DNA of 64,000 nucleotides from an uncultured Planctomycetota bacterium (GCA_963849325.1 CAWKHF010000010.1:96001-160000), one strand, 5' to 3'. Numbered from the stretch's first letter, positions 21,629-33,693 are shown. The notes: generated by a model from the letters alone, not told the origin. A program made the numbers and translations.

Positions 21629-21763
21629 GTGGGCGAGTTCGTGCTGGCTGTGCTGTCGGGAATTGTCGCCTCGGTGATCGTCGAGGTCGTCAAGCTCCTC
21701 CTCCAAAATCATAAAGGGGGGGTCTTAATGTTTCCCGGTATGGCAAATACTCTCCCGGCCTGA
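21629..21763 (+). CDS. small hydrophobic peptide
   Basis: GGAGG at 21616-21620, GTG start; MGEFVLAVLSGIVASVIVEVVKLLLQNHKGG; length uncertain because of a G7 run. Confidence 0.35.
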   Translation: MGEFVLAVLSGIVASVIVEVVKLLLQNHKGGVLMFPGMANTLPA

Positions 21764-22032
21764 CCAGAGGCCTGCCCACCCGACTGCTCGTTCACCTATC
21801 TGATGACCTTCCTCGTCGGGATGACCCGCGTCTCGCCCCTCTTTCGCTGATAGAGCTTACACGGTGCAGGCCCCACCTTCTGCAAAGCCTCCCCCTCCAG
21901 GTCGGCGTTCCTGTTCTTGTTCGGGAAGCGGCCCTTGCCGCCCACAAAGGACGACGGCCAGGCGCGATAGCTACCCAGGCGCATGAAAAAACCCAGCCCT
22001 CGGGCTGGGTTCCCCCCATGCGACTGGAAGTG

Positions 22033-22431
22033 TCAGGTCACCGGCACGGGTATCGGTGAAGGGTAGATATACACCTCCTCCACCGGAAGGCCGCCGAACA
22101 CCTTGCCGTGGAAGCGGGTGGCAACCCGTCCAGGGTAGCGCCGGTGGATGTCCAATGCCGCCTTCGCCAGCGGGTCATCCGCCCCGATCAGTTTCACCTG
22201 GAAGGGGTCGAAGAGAGGGTCGCGCAACAACCCCGCCATCCGGAGAACCTCCCCATACGCCACGTCGAAGTTGTCGTCAGTTATTTTCTCCGACGCGACG
22301 TACAGGCTCCACTCCCCATCGTCACTTTCTTTGAGCCAGAACGCAGCCTGGACGGGCATGTACTTCTGGAATTCGCCGAGGAATCTGACCCCCACGTCGA
22401 TCTGATCGATTACCAGCGGACCCTGATCCAT
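22033..22431 (-). CDS. putative antitoxin partner of the HEPN protein
   Basis: Overlaps the HEPN gene 3' end; AAFWLKESDDGEWSLYVAS...EEVYIY. Confidence 0.6.
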   Translation of the reverse strand: MDQGPLVIDQIDVGVRFLGEFQKYMPVQAAFWLKESDDGEWSLYVASEKITDDNFDVAYGEVLRMAGLLRDPLFDPFQVKLIGADDPLAKAALDIHRRYPGRVATRFHGKVFGGLPVEEVYIYPSPIPVPVT

Positions 22432-22832
22432 TGCATCACTCCATTCGCATTATCCGCGATCGCGTCGTAGAGTTTCTTGGCTTTCTGGTGCGATGTCGTA
22501 TTGTAACGGGCCTTCTCGCTCCAATCCTTCACGACCAACCAGTTCTTCCCCAAGGCTGCGTTCGCGACCGCGTCGGCCGCCCGCGCACCCTCCAAGTCAG
22601 CCATCTTCACCAGATCCAGGGTACTATGCGTCCAGCATTTCTCCGAGAACTTCTTGTCTCCGAAAATGACCTCCGGTGCGGCAGCAACGCGCACCAAGAC
22701 GCACGCTTTGAGGCCGCATTCGACGGCATACCCGGCGAGGTAGTAGGCTGCCGACCATCGGTGGTCATCGAGTAAGCGTTTCGCGTCCACCAGCCAACGC
22801 TCGGCCAGCTGCTGCCACTCAAGCCGGGTCAC
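22410..22832 (-). CDS. HEPN domain protein
   Basis: DAKRLL..AAYYLAGYAVECGLKA..TH..DWSEKARY. Confidence 0.8.
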   Translation of the reverse strand: MTRLEWQQLAERWLVDAKRLLDDHRWSAAYYLAGYAVECGLKACVLVRVAAAPEVIFGDKKFSEKCWTHSTLDLVKMADLEGARAADAVANAALGKNWLVVKDWSEKARYNTTSHQKAKKLYDAIADNANGVMQWIRVRW

Positions 22833-22976
22833 CTTTACGCTCCCAGTGCCAAATCGTCGTGCTCAGCCCAGTTCATGATAGCAGAGCTGGACACCGCTGC
22901 CTACAAGAGCTGACCCCACGCCGCCGGCGCAGCTCGGGCTCCGAGCGACTCAGTCGCCACACTAGCCGGGTTCGCT

Positions 22977-23082
22977 GGACCAATTCGGGACCAATCTCAT
23001 GGAAACAGTGGAAAAAATGGCCTTATGAAACGCACTGGGAAATCGTGGAACGCCTTAACTCAAGCGTTGCAAGGAGTTTAGG
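22977..23082. other. putative att-like site (arm doublet plus palindromic core), right
   Basis: GGACCAAT at 22977 and 22988; CCTTAACTCaagcgttgcaagGAGTTTAGG at 23053-23082. Confidence 0.4.
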
Positions 23083-23201
23083 TGATTTCTCAATGACATA
23101 ATCTGTTCGGGTCGATATAATGCATCCTCGTCACCACCTCTCGTGTTGAAATGCTCTACGTCATATCATTTCCTGATTCTCGCGAGTGGTGCGGGAAAAC
23201 G

Positions 23202-23789
23202 TCAAAGGAGCACCCCTTTAACTTTCTTCCGCCTGCACCAATCTTGCCTCGTGGCGAAGTCTTGAGCCGTAATCTCCCGGTCGATGATCCACACGTCCTC
23301 ACTTCCTGGAAATCGTTGGATCAAGCGCTGTCGGGCGGCCTCCGCCTCCTCCCCCGTGGCAAAGCGCAACTGGGGTCTGTCCCAGTGGAAAAGCAGCGAT
23401 CCTCCCTCATCCAGCATCACTTGCTTCACCTGATCGGGGGTCACGGGGTCGTCTTTGCGCAAGGCGGCGATTATTTGGTAGGGCAACAGCCCTGCGGCAT
23501 GGGCCTCCGGGACCGTGAGCCCGCTGGCGAGCACGATACGATCGCGCGATTCCGGCCCCTCGGCCATCTCGTAGGCACGCAGAATCGTGGCGGAGCGCTC
23601 CTGTAAAGGAGCATCTTGCCACTTATCCCAGATTACGGTGACGCGGGCCTTACCCGTCCGAAACGCATGTTCATAAATCACTGGCTGCCCGAATTCATGA
23701 TTGCCTTTCAACTCAGCGGCTAGTTCCTCGGCGAGTTCCTTCTTTACGCTCCCCGTGCGTAATTCAGGACCGATTCGTTGGCGGGGCAT
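23202..23789 (-). CDS. hypothetical protein
   Basis: ~195-aa ORF, RVTVIWDKWQDAPLQERSATILRAYE; lower GC. Confidence 0.6.
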   Translation of the reverse strand: MPRQRIGPELRTGSVKKELAEELAAELKGNHEFGQPVIYEHAFRTGKARVTVIWDKWQDAPLQERSATILRAYEMAEGPESRDRIVLASGLTVPEAHAAGLLPYQIIAALRKDDPVTPDQVKQVMLDEGGSLLFHWDRPQLRFATGEEAEAARQRLIQRFPGSEDVWIIDREITAQDFATRQDWCRRKKVKGVLL

Positions 23790-23864
23790 GACTTGACCCT
23801 CACAAGGTGTCTGAGTTGGCCAGCAGCCATTGAAGTGTAATTGGCCATCCCATCGTTTCCAAGC

Positions 23865-24005
23865 GGTTGCGGTCGTTGCCAGCTTGGCTCGAAGTCGAGT
23901 GAGAAAATCCACTGAATGCGTTCGGCGCAGGCTGTCGGTCTCCTCGTGCAGCACTTCGAGCACTGACAAATGCGCTCCAGCGCGCGGGTTGCCGTCCTGG
24001 ACGGC
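23865..24005 (-). pseudogene. degenerate duplicate of the 3' half of the 25687-25962 gene
   Basis: LERI..LEVLHEETD..AERIQWIFSLDFEPSWQRPQP versus LERIRQALEVLHDESEGRAERIQQIFSLDYDPNWERPQP. Confidence 0.75.
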
Positions 24006-24042
24006 GACGCTTGGACTGCGGCCCTTACCTCGCTGGTCCTTA

Positions 24043-25659
24043 TTATTTCTTGACCGGAGGATACGGAAGGACGTTCGTCCGTTTCGCCCATGCCTCCCAA
24101 GCCGCAGCCAGCTTCTTCACCTGGTCGGGGTGGCGAGCGGCCAGGTTCGTTAACTCCACCCGGTCGGCCTCCATGTCGTACAACTCCCAGGGTCCGTCGT
24201 GGGTCGCCACCGCCTTCCATCGACCGGCACGGAGTGCCTTGTTCCCCTCGTGCTCCCAGGCCAGAAAGTCGCGCTCGACCGGACGATCCGAGAACGCCGG
24301 CATCAGGCTTTTCCCCTCGGCCGGCGTGATGGCGGTTTCGCCGACTCGTTCGGGATACTTCGCGCCGGCCACGTCCACCAGGGTGGCCATGACGTCGATC
24401 ACGTGCCCGACCTGATTGCGGAGTTCGCCCCCTCCCTTGATCCTCTTCGGCCAGTGGGCGATCAGCGGAGTGCTGATGCCGCCTTCGTGGACCCAGTGCT
24501 TGTACAGCCGGAACGGCGTGTTGCAGGCGTTCGCCCAGCCGGAGCCGTAGCTGTGATAGGTGTCCGGCCCGCCCATCCGGTCGAGGTCGGCCCCCCTGTG
24601 CAGGACGTTCTTCGGCCCGGAACCGCCGTCGAAGCCGAAGGGGTCCCACTCGGCGCACGCTCCGTTATCCGACAGGAACAGGATCAGGGTGTTGTCGAGT
24701 TGGCCATTCGCGCGGAGGTCGGCGACGACGCGGCCGACGTTTCGATCCATGCGATCCACCATCGCCGCGTAGACGGCCATGCGGCGCGCGAGGTCGGCCC
24801 GGCGGTCGGCGTCGAGGGCGTCCCAGGCCGGATTGGCGCCGCTTCGGAAGAAGTCGCGCCGCGTTTCGTAGCCGGAGCGCGGCGTCAGCGGCCAGCGGGG
24901 ATCGATCAGCCCGGCCTTCTGTTGGCGGGCGTAACGCTCCGCCCGGACCTTGTCCCATCCCCGGGCGTACACGTCCTTGTAGCGCGCGATGTCCTCTTTC
25001 GGGGCGTGTAGAGGAAAATGGGCGGCGTTGAACGCCAGGTACAGGAAGAACGGCTTGTCGCCGGGCTTTCGCGCCTCGGCCAGGAAGTCGAGGGCGTAGT
25101 CGCCGAAGGCGTCGGTCGAGTAGAACTTGCCGGCCGGATACTTCCGCTGCGGCCGGCCGGCGGGCAGCCGCGTGTAGAAGGGCTTTTCCCGGAAGCAGGA
25201 GTTGAAGCCGCCGATCATGCCGTAGAACTCGTCGAAGCCGCGGTCGATCGGTCCCGGCTTGCCGGTCAGGTGCCATTTGCCGACCATGTACGTGCGGTAG
25301 CCGGCAGCCTTGAGCACCTCGGCCAGGGTGACGCAGTTGGGCTGGAGCCGGCCGCGATAGCCCGGCCGTCCCTGGTCGCCGGTCATGTTGCCGACGCCGG
25401 CCTGGTGCGGGTAGAGGCCGGTCAGCAAGGAGGCGCGCGTCGGGCAGCAGCGGGCGCAGTTGTAGAACTGGGTGAAGCGCAGACCGCCCTTCGCCAGGCC
25501 GTCCAGGTTCGGCGTCCGAATCTCGCCGCCGTAACAGCCGAGGTCCGACCATCCCACGTCATCGGCCAGGAGAAGCAGAATGTTCGGCCGAGCGTCGGCC
25601 GCCAGTAAGGCCAGCGGAGTGAGCAACGCCACAACGATAGCCACGACCACGATCCGCAT
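24043..25659 (-). CDS. secreted arylsulfatase (S1, Cys-type)
   Basis: Signal peptide; PNILLLLADDVGWSD; CCPTRASLLTG; GKWHL; SDNG. Confidence 0.95.
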   Translation of the reverse strand: MRIVVVAIVVALLTPLALLAADARPNILLLLADDVGWSDLGCYGGEIRTPNLDGLAKGGLRFTQFYNCARCCPTRASLLTGLYPHQAGVGNMTGDQGRPGYRGRLQPNCVTLAEVLKAAGYRTYMVGKWHLTGKPGPIDRGFDEFYGMIGGFNSCFREKPFYTRLPAGRPQRKYPAGKFYSTDAFGDYALDFLAEARKPGDKPFFLYLAFNAAHFPLHAPKEDIARYKDVYARGWDKVRAERYARQQKAGLIDPRWPLTPRSGYETRRDFFRSGANPAWDALDADRRADLARRMAVYAAMVDRMDRNVGRVVADLRANGQLDNTLILFLSDNGACAEWDPFGFDGGSGPKNVLHRGADLDRMGGPDTYHSYGSGWANACNTPFRLYKHWVHEGGISTPLIAHWPKRIKGGGELRNQVGHVIDVMATLVDVAGAKYPERVGETAITPAEGKSLMPAFSDRPVERDFLAWEHEGNKALRAGRWKAVATHDGPWELYDMEADRVELTNLAARHPDQVKKLAAAWEAWAKRTNVLPYPPVKK

Positions 25660-25686
25660 GGAAACCTCCGAGAAAGGAAGTGGCGT

Positions 25687-25962
25687 TCATCGCGGCTGAG
25701 GACGTTCCCAGTTCGGATCGTAGTCGAGCGAGAAAATCTGCTGGATGCGTTCGGCGCGGCCCTCGCTCTCATCGTGCAGCACTTCGAGCGCCTGCCGGAT
25801 GCGCTCGAGGCGCGCGTCGCCGTCCACTTCGGCGCTGCCGGTGCCGCGGCTGATGCGGTCGAGGATGGCGGCGAGATCGAGTAGCTTGCTGCGCGCTTCG
25901 AGGAAATACGCATCCAGCGCGGCGCGGGACGGCAGAGGGGCAACGGAGCGGTTATCGGTCAT
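25687..25962 (-). CDS. conserved small helical hypothetical protein
   Basis: YFLEARSKLLDLAAILDRI; ATGA overlap with larE. Confidence 0.75.
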   Translation of the reverse strand: MTDNRSVAPLPSRAALDAYFLEARSKLLDLAAILDRISRGTGSAEVDGDARLERIRQALEVLHDESEGRAERIQQIFSLDYDPNWERPQPR

Positions 25963-26834
25963 GGCGTTGGCCTGGCAAAGAGGCGCTGATAGTCGAGGCC
26001 CACCAGCTGATTGAGGTTGCCCGAGCGAAATCCTTCCAGGTCGAGCGTCACGAAACGAAAGCCGAGTTCCTTGAGCCGCCGCACCAGTTCCTGACGCACG
26101 ACGGGTTCGAGAAGGCGGGGCAGCTCCGCGAGCGGCACTTCGACGCGGGCCAGCTCGCCCTCGTGCAGACGGACGCGGCACTCCCGATACCCGAGGCTGT
26201 GGAGATATTCTTCCGCCGCCTCGATGCGGGCCGTGCGCTCGCGCGTCACCTCGACGCCGGGAGCGAGACGGCTCGACAGGCACGGCGACGCCGGCTTGTC
26301 CCACGTCGGCAGACCCCAGGCCAGGGCCAGGCCACGCACATCGGCCTTGGTGAAGCCAGCTTCCTGCAAGGGGTGGCGGACGCGATGCTCGGACGCCGCC
26401 TTCAGTCCGGGGCGGTAGTCGCCCTCGTCGTCGAGGTTGGCGCCGCTGCAAATGACGGCTGCTCCCAGCTCGGGCAGAAGCCCCTCGATGCGCGAATACA
26501 GCTCGCTCTTGCAGAAGTAGCAGCGGCTGCCGTCATTGCGGACGTAATTGGCATCGGCGAACTCGTCGGTCGCTACCACCTGATGACGAATGCCGATGCG
26601 CTCGGCTAACCGGCGGGCGTCGTCGATCTCGACCCGCGGCACGCTGGGACTGTCGGCCGTGACGGCGACGGCGCGGTCGCCCAGCGCCAGCCGCGCCGCC
26701 TGCGCCACGACGGTACTGTCGATGCCGCCGCTGAAGGCCACCACAGTCGGACCCATGCCACGCAGCACCTCCAGCAGCCGGTCGCGCTTGGCGGTCAACT
26801 CGGACGGCAGGCTCGCGGCGGTGGCGGGTATCAT
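25959..26834 (-). CDS. larE: ATP-dependent sulfur transferase LarE family
   Basis: PP-loop AFSGGIDS, RCYFCK, DDEGDYRPG, WDKPASPCLSSR, GFRSG. Confidence 0.9.
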   Translation of the reverse strand: MIPATAASLPSELTAKRDRLLEVLRGMGPTVVAFSGGIDSTVVAQAARLALGDRAVAVTADSPSVPRVEIDDARRLAERIGIRHQVVATDEFADANYVRNDGSRCYFCKSELYSRIEGLLPELGAAVICSGANLDDEGDYRPGLKAASEHRVRHPLQEAGFTKADVRGLALAWGLPTWDKPASPCLSSRLAPGVEVTRERTARIEAAEEYLHSLGYRECRVRLHEGELARVEVPLAELPRLLEPVVRQELVRRLKELGFRFVTLDLEGFRSGNLNQLVGLDYQRLFARPTP

Positions 26835-27017
26835 GTCTGTCCTCGGTTCGACGGATCGCTCCATGTTTCCATGATAAGCCATGACGCCGAGACGCTCAAG
26901 CGCCCTCGCGTTGCGGAAGCGCCCCGGTCTCTTTAAGATGTTGAACAAAGAGGCGAGAGACCGATGGCGCATTGCGGACGCCTGCAATCGCCATTCGTTC
27001 AGCGAGGTAGGAAAGCC

Positions 27018-28752
<1,735 letters not shown>

Positions 28753-28767
28753 TTTCGGAGGTAGGCG

Positions 28768-28994
28768 ATGACGGCCGAACGGCTACGGGCCATGCGCGAG
28801 GCGAATCCGTTCCGCCCCTTTACGATTCATCTGGCCGATGGGCGGACCTTGGCCGTCCCCCATCGGGACTTCGTATCCCAATCCCCGGTGGGCGGACCAT
28901 TATCGTCTATCGCTCCGAGGAAGCGTTCAGCGTGGTGGACCTGTATTTGGTGACGGAGTTAGAGGTCCAGGCACCGACCGACTCCGGCGGTTGA
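28768..28994 (+). CDS. small planctomycete hypothetical protein (frameshift ~28890)
   Basis: PFRPFTIHLADGRTLAVPHRDF...VVDLYLVTELE. Confidence 0.6.
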
Positions 28995-29045
28995 CCGGGA
29001 GCGGCCATCGTGTAGCTCTCTTGCTCGGTGAAGGGAGGGAACGGC

Positions 29046-30138
29046 ATGGCACGGAACGGGACCGACGTGCGCGAGGCGGCTTCGGTCGCCCTGGCGTTCC
29101 TCCTCTGTCTGAGCGCCTGCGGTGGCGCCTCGGCTGGGGGCGGGCCGCGGCAATACCTTCGCAAGCCGGACGACTGGTTTGCCAGTGACGAGGCCCGGCG
29201 CGTCGCCGCTTCCATCCTGTCGTACCAGTCCGACCTCGGCGGCTGGCCCAAGAACACCGACACCACCGCCGCCCCGTTCCGCGGCGACCGCCAACAGCTG
29301 AAGCCCACCTTCGACAACGGCGCCACGACCGACGAACTACGTTTCCTGGCCCGCGCCTACCAGGCCGCCAAGGACGAGCACTACCGCAAAGCCGTCGAGA
29401 AGGGGATCGATTACGTCCTGCAGGCGCAGTATCCCACGGGCGGCTGGCCGCAGTTTCATCCGCCGCCGCCGCGGACTTACCACCGCCACATCACCTTCAA
29501 CGACGACGCCATGGTCCGGCTGATGGAACTGCTGCGCGAGATCCGCGACGCGGACGTCTTCGCCTTCGTGGGTGACGAGCGCCGGCGGGCCGCGCGGCGG
29601 GCCTTCGCGCGCGGCATCGACTGCATCCTCAAGTGCCAGATGCGCGTGGACGGCAAGCTCACGGCCTGGTGCGCTCAGCACGACGAGAAGGATTATCGGC
29701 CCCGGCCGGGCCGCAGCTTCGAGCTGGTTAGCCTCAGCGGGGCCGAGTCGGTGGGCATCGTGGGCCTGTTGATGAGCCTCGACGAGCCGAGTGCCGAGGT
29801 CGTGCGGCGCGGTGGAGGGAGCGGCGGCCTGGTTCGAGTCCGTCAAATTGCCTGGCATTCGGGTGGTCGTGCGGAAGGACGAGAAATCCCCGACGGGCAA
29901 GAACAAGGTGGTTGTCAAGGACTCGTCGGCCGCGCCGATGTGGGCGCGGTTCTATGAGATCGGCACGAATCGGCCGCTCTTTGCCGACCGCGACGGCGTG
30001 GCCCGTCACGACCTGGCGGCCATCGGCTACGAACGGCGCAACGGCTATGCCTGGCTGGGCTACTGGCCGCGGAAGCTGCTGGAGCACGATTGTCCGGCCT
30101 GGAAGAAGCGGCTCCCAGAAGGGCAACCACGTCGATGA
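29046..30138 (+). CDS. pelA: pectate lyase, PL10 (frameshift ~29810)
   Basis: GGWPKN, TFDNGAT, QYPTGGWPQF, ITFNDDAM, WCAQHDE, WARFYE, ERRNGYAW. Confidence 0.9.
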
Positions 30139-31171
30139 GCGGCACAAGGGGGAAGCACGGAGCGGCGACGGCACGGGACCGGCCTATCAGTACCGGCCGG
30201 TCGAGGTCGCCCTGCCTCCGCACGGCGTTTTCGTCCTGGAGAGCCATCATGCTCCGGGCTTCCGCATGGCCGACCAGTGTCACGACTTCCTGGAGATCTT
30301 CTACGTGCTGGAAGGGACCGGGGTGTTCCACCTCGGCGGCCGGGGCCTCGTCTGCCGCCGCGGCGACATCGTCGTCGTGCCGGTGGGGCACCTCCACCGC
30401 ATCGATGACCACCGCTCCGCACCACTGGCCCTGTACGGCGTCTGTGTCGGCCCGTCGGCCTGGCGTCACGAACCGGCCTTGCTCGACCACCTACCCGCCG
30501 GACGGCTGCCGGTCAGCAAGTTACTGGCGGAGCAGGTGCGGGCCGACCTGCGGCGGCTGCGCTTCGAGCAGACGTTGGCCCGGCCGGGCAGCCGTACCCT
30601 GGTTCTGGGGCTGGCGCTGCAATTACTCGCCCTGCTGGCGCGGAGCAACTCGGCCCCGGACCCTCTCCCCTCGGCCGGCAGCTCATCTTCCGGCCATCGT
30701 CAAGCCGTGGCCCGCTACCTGGAGGAACTGCCTCACCGCTTCTTCGAGGCGACCGACCTCGATCACACCGCCGCCGAACTGGGGATGAGCCGACGGCGTT
30801 TCACCTGCCTGTTCCGCCAGGCCACCGGCACGTCCTGGTCCGCCTACCTGAGCCGACTGCGGATCGACTATGCCTGCCAGCTGCTCCGCGAGACCTCGCG
30901 CGGCGTGCTGGCCATCGCCTTCGAGAGCGGCTACGAAGATCTGTCGAGCTTCTATCGCGCCTTCAAGCGCCACAAGGGCTTGCCGCCGCAGACCTGGCGC
31001 GAGCACAGACCAACCGCTGAACGCCTCCTCATCTCGATTGCCCGATTTGCCAATCGACTTTGCCCGACCTGCCAAGACAGGCTACCGTCGTCGCTGTACG
31101 CTCAGCGGAAATACAGCAAAGGAACGGCGCGACCGAAAAACCGCGACGGCTTCCAGGCCGATGCCTGTTAA
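30135..31171 (+). CDS. AraC family regulator with cupin sensor domain
   Basis: Cupin HDFLEIFYVLEG; RIDYACQLL..IAFESGYEDLSSFYRAFKR; start and end uncertain. Confidence 0.85.
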
Positions 31172-31216
31172 GAGGAAGATACTCGCATCCTCGGAACGTG
31201 GCTGAAATACCCGGTG

Positions 31217-31268
31217 AGCGGGGTTGCGTAAGCGCCCGAGCGCGCTCGAAGGCTTACGCAACCCCGCT
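31217..31268. repeat. 17-bp perfect hairpin (REP-like)
   Basis: AGCGGGGTTGCGTAAGC / GCTTACGCAACCCCGCT. Confidence 0.7.
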
Positions 31269-31316
31269 TCCTCAACCCGTTGTCCTTGTCTGTCCATTTC
31301 TCCGGAGGTCGCTCTC

Positions 31317-32285
31317 ATGACTCGTCTCTGTCGAGTTCCGCGAGGCCGCCGTCCTGGCTTCACCCTGATTGAATTGCTGGTGGTCATCGCCATCATCGCC
31401 ATTCTGATCGGTTTGCTGCTGCCGGCCGTGCAGAAAGTGCGCGAGGCCGCCGCACGCAGCCAATGCGCCAACAACCTCAAGCAGTTCGGCCTGGCGGCAC
31501 AGAACGGCAACGATACCTACGGAAAGCTGCCCCCCGCTTTCGGTTGGTTCCCCTCCACCGCCAACACGCCGCAGAACAACACCAGCTACGGCTCCGTCTT
31601 CGTCCATCTGCTGCCGTTTGTGGAGCAGCAGAACCTGTATAACGCCTCGCTCACCAACTATACCGGCGTGAAAGCGTACATGCCCTGCCTGGTGACGGCG
31701 GTGAATACCACGCCGGTCAAGGCGTTCCAGTGTCCCTCGGACCCCAGTCAATCTGGAGGGCTCCCCACGGGCATGGCCCAGGCGGCGGTTTGCTACGCCG
31801 CCAACTTCTTTGCCTTCGGGGCCGCCGCGAATACCTATCCGGTAGCGAGTTGGAACTGGTTCGGCACCAACAGCATCCCGGCCAGCTTCCCCGACGGTAC
31901 GAGCAACACCGTCCTGTTTACCGAGAAATACGCGCACTGCGAGTATCCTCCCGGTAGCGGGACCGGCGGCGGCAGTATGTGGGCGCATACGGGCTACAAC
32001 TCCGGCCAATCCTGGTGGCCGGTCGTCATGGCCCCGGATTTCGCCAAGTACAACGCGCAATGTTACGGTCCCAACGCCGGCGCCCTGTTTCAGATGCGGC
32101 CGACCCCGTTCATGGGTGGAGGCGCGATCCGCGATTTCACACGGGCGAACAGCGGGCACACGTCCGGCGTTCAGGTCGGCCTGGCCGACGGCAGCACCCG
32201 TAGCGTCAACCAGGGCATCTCGCCGCTTACCTGGTGGTCCGCCTTTACGCCGTCGGGCGGCGAAGTGATGCGGAGCGATTGGTGA
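31317..32285 (+). CDS. DUF1559 prepilin-type protein
   Basis: [53 protein letters not shown]. Confidence 0.95.
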   Translation: MTRLCRVPRGRRPGFTLIELLVVIAIIAILIGLLLPAVQKVREAAARSQCANNLKQFGLAAQNGNDTYGKLPPAFGWFPSTANTPQNNTSYGSVFVHLLPFVEQQNLYNASLTNYTGVKAYMPCLVTAVNTTPVKAFQCPSDPSQSGGLPTGMAQAAVCYAANFFAFGAAANTYPVASWNWFGTNSIPASFPDGTSNTVLFTEKYAHCEYPPGSGTGGGSMWAHTGYNSGQSWWPVVMAPDFAKYNAQCYGPNAGALFQMRPTPFMGGGAIRDFTRANSGHTSGVQVGLADGSTRSVNQGISPLTWWSAFTPSGGEVMRSDW

Positions 32286-32292
32286 TCGGGAT

Positions 32293-33062
32293 TCAGCGAC
32301 CGCCGTTGCGGGAGGATCGCCTCTGCTCCAACTCGGCGCGGAGGCGCGCCACTTCCTGCTCCGCCGTCAGCCACGCTTGATGCTCCTGATCGGCGCGGCG
32401 CGATTGCTCATCGGCGCGGCGCGATTGCTCGGCGAGTTGCCGTCGGAGTTGGTCCACCTCGCGCTGGAGATCCGCCGGCAACGGCAGCAGTTCGTCCTCA
32501 TACCAATAGCGCACCCAACCGTCGAGCAGGGCCACCTCCATGCTCAGCTCGGGGATGGCCAACCGTCCGCGCCGGTTGGGTCTCTTCGAGACGTATTTCT
32601 CGCCCTGGTGGTGAAACAGAGTCAGATCCTGGCTGTCGGAATGGAAGACCAGGTAGTAGGGCACTTTCAACCGCTCGTACTTCTCGAAGCTGTCCTCGTA
32701 GTCCTTGCGCTGGTTGGACGGCGAGACGTACTCGAAGACCCAGAACGGACGCACCGGCTGGAACGGCACATCGTAACTGCCCTCCGCCTGAATGGGGTCT
32801 TTGCAGATGACCACCATGTTGTCGGGGACGACCTCGCCGGTCGATGACGGCCGCGCACGGGGAACTGCACCAGGAGTTCGTTGAAGATTTGCACGTCCGG
32901 CCGGCGTGCGTGGACGAGGTCGAGGCTTTCGAGCGTGATTTTGCGTTGGTGGGCCTGGGCCGTCGCTTCCATGAAATGCTCCAGCGGCAGGCTGCGTAAA
33001 TAATCGTTCGCCGCCTTGGCATAGGCGTATCGCAGCAAGCCGGGAGGGAGTTTGCTGGCCAT
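32293..33062 (-). CDS. Uma2 family (PD-(D/E)XK) endonuclease-like protein (frameshift ~32845)
   Basis: VVPDNMVV, WVFEYVSPSNQRKDY, VPYYLVF; C-terminal coiled coil. Confidence 0.85.
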
Positions 33063-33171
33063 GCTTCGCGCTCCTGCCGGTTTCGATACGGGTCCATCCT
33101 GGAACAACTGTCGTTGATCGGCGGCTCTGCGAGTCGCCGATCAACAGGCGACATCATTGCTGGACACATTC

Positions 33172-33693
33172 TCAGCGATTGAGTACGGCAAATCTCAGAA
33201 TGATGCTGAGAACCCAAAGCACCGTCCAGAGGATGAGGCCAACGATGGCGAGAATCTTGCCTGTATTGGTCATGCCCTGGCCTGATCGATCCATCTTCCC
33301 CTGGGCCATCGCGGCGAGGTCGGCATTGGCCATCGAGATAGCGATCCCTCCCAGAATCCAGTTGAGGAAAACACAGAGACAGCCCAATGCCAGTGTCAGG
33401 ATGCCCAGCGTCAGGATCACTCCGCCGCGGTGCGGTCTGCCGTGCGCCCTCCTGGGCTCGTCCTCGTAATCCTCGTCCTCCTCGCGCTCGCGGCGCCGAC
33501 GCCGGGCCGGACGGGAGGGGCGTTCCTCCTGAATGGCCTCCTCCTCCTGTTCCTCGACTGGCTCCACGCCTGCCTCTGGATCCTCGGCCGTGAAGACCTC
33601 CTGGCAGCCGGGACAGCGGACCCGCTTGCCCATGAGGTTTTCCGGCAGACGCAGGGTCTTCTGACAGTTCGGACAGGTGATGTTGACTGGCAT
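33172..33693 (-). CDS. zinc-ribbon/DUF4190-like membrane protein
   Basis: CPNC..VRCPGC; PHRGGVILTLGIL. Confidence 0.85.
   Translation of the reverse strand: MPVNITCPNCQKTLRLPENLMGKRVRCPGCQEVFTAEDPEAGVEPVEEQEEEAIQEERPSRPARRRRREREEDEDYEDEPRRAHGRPHRGGVILTLGILTLALGCLCVFLNWILGGIAISMANADLAAMAQGKMDRSGQGMTNTGKILAIVGLILWTVLWVLSIILRFAVLNR

Noticed and set aside
22895-22976. Integron attC-like site upstream of the HEPN gene
   Set aside because: The minus strand reads CTTGTAGGC rather than GTTRRRY, pairing is poor, and there is no second site or intI.
31100-31270. Riboswitch upstream of the DUF1559 gene
   Set aside because: No recognisable cobalamin, c-di-GMP or other consensus; only a REP-like hairpin.
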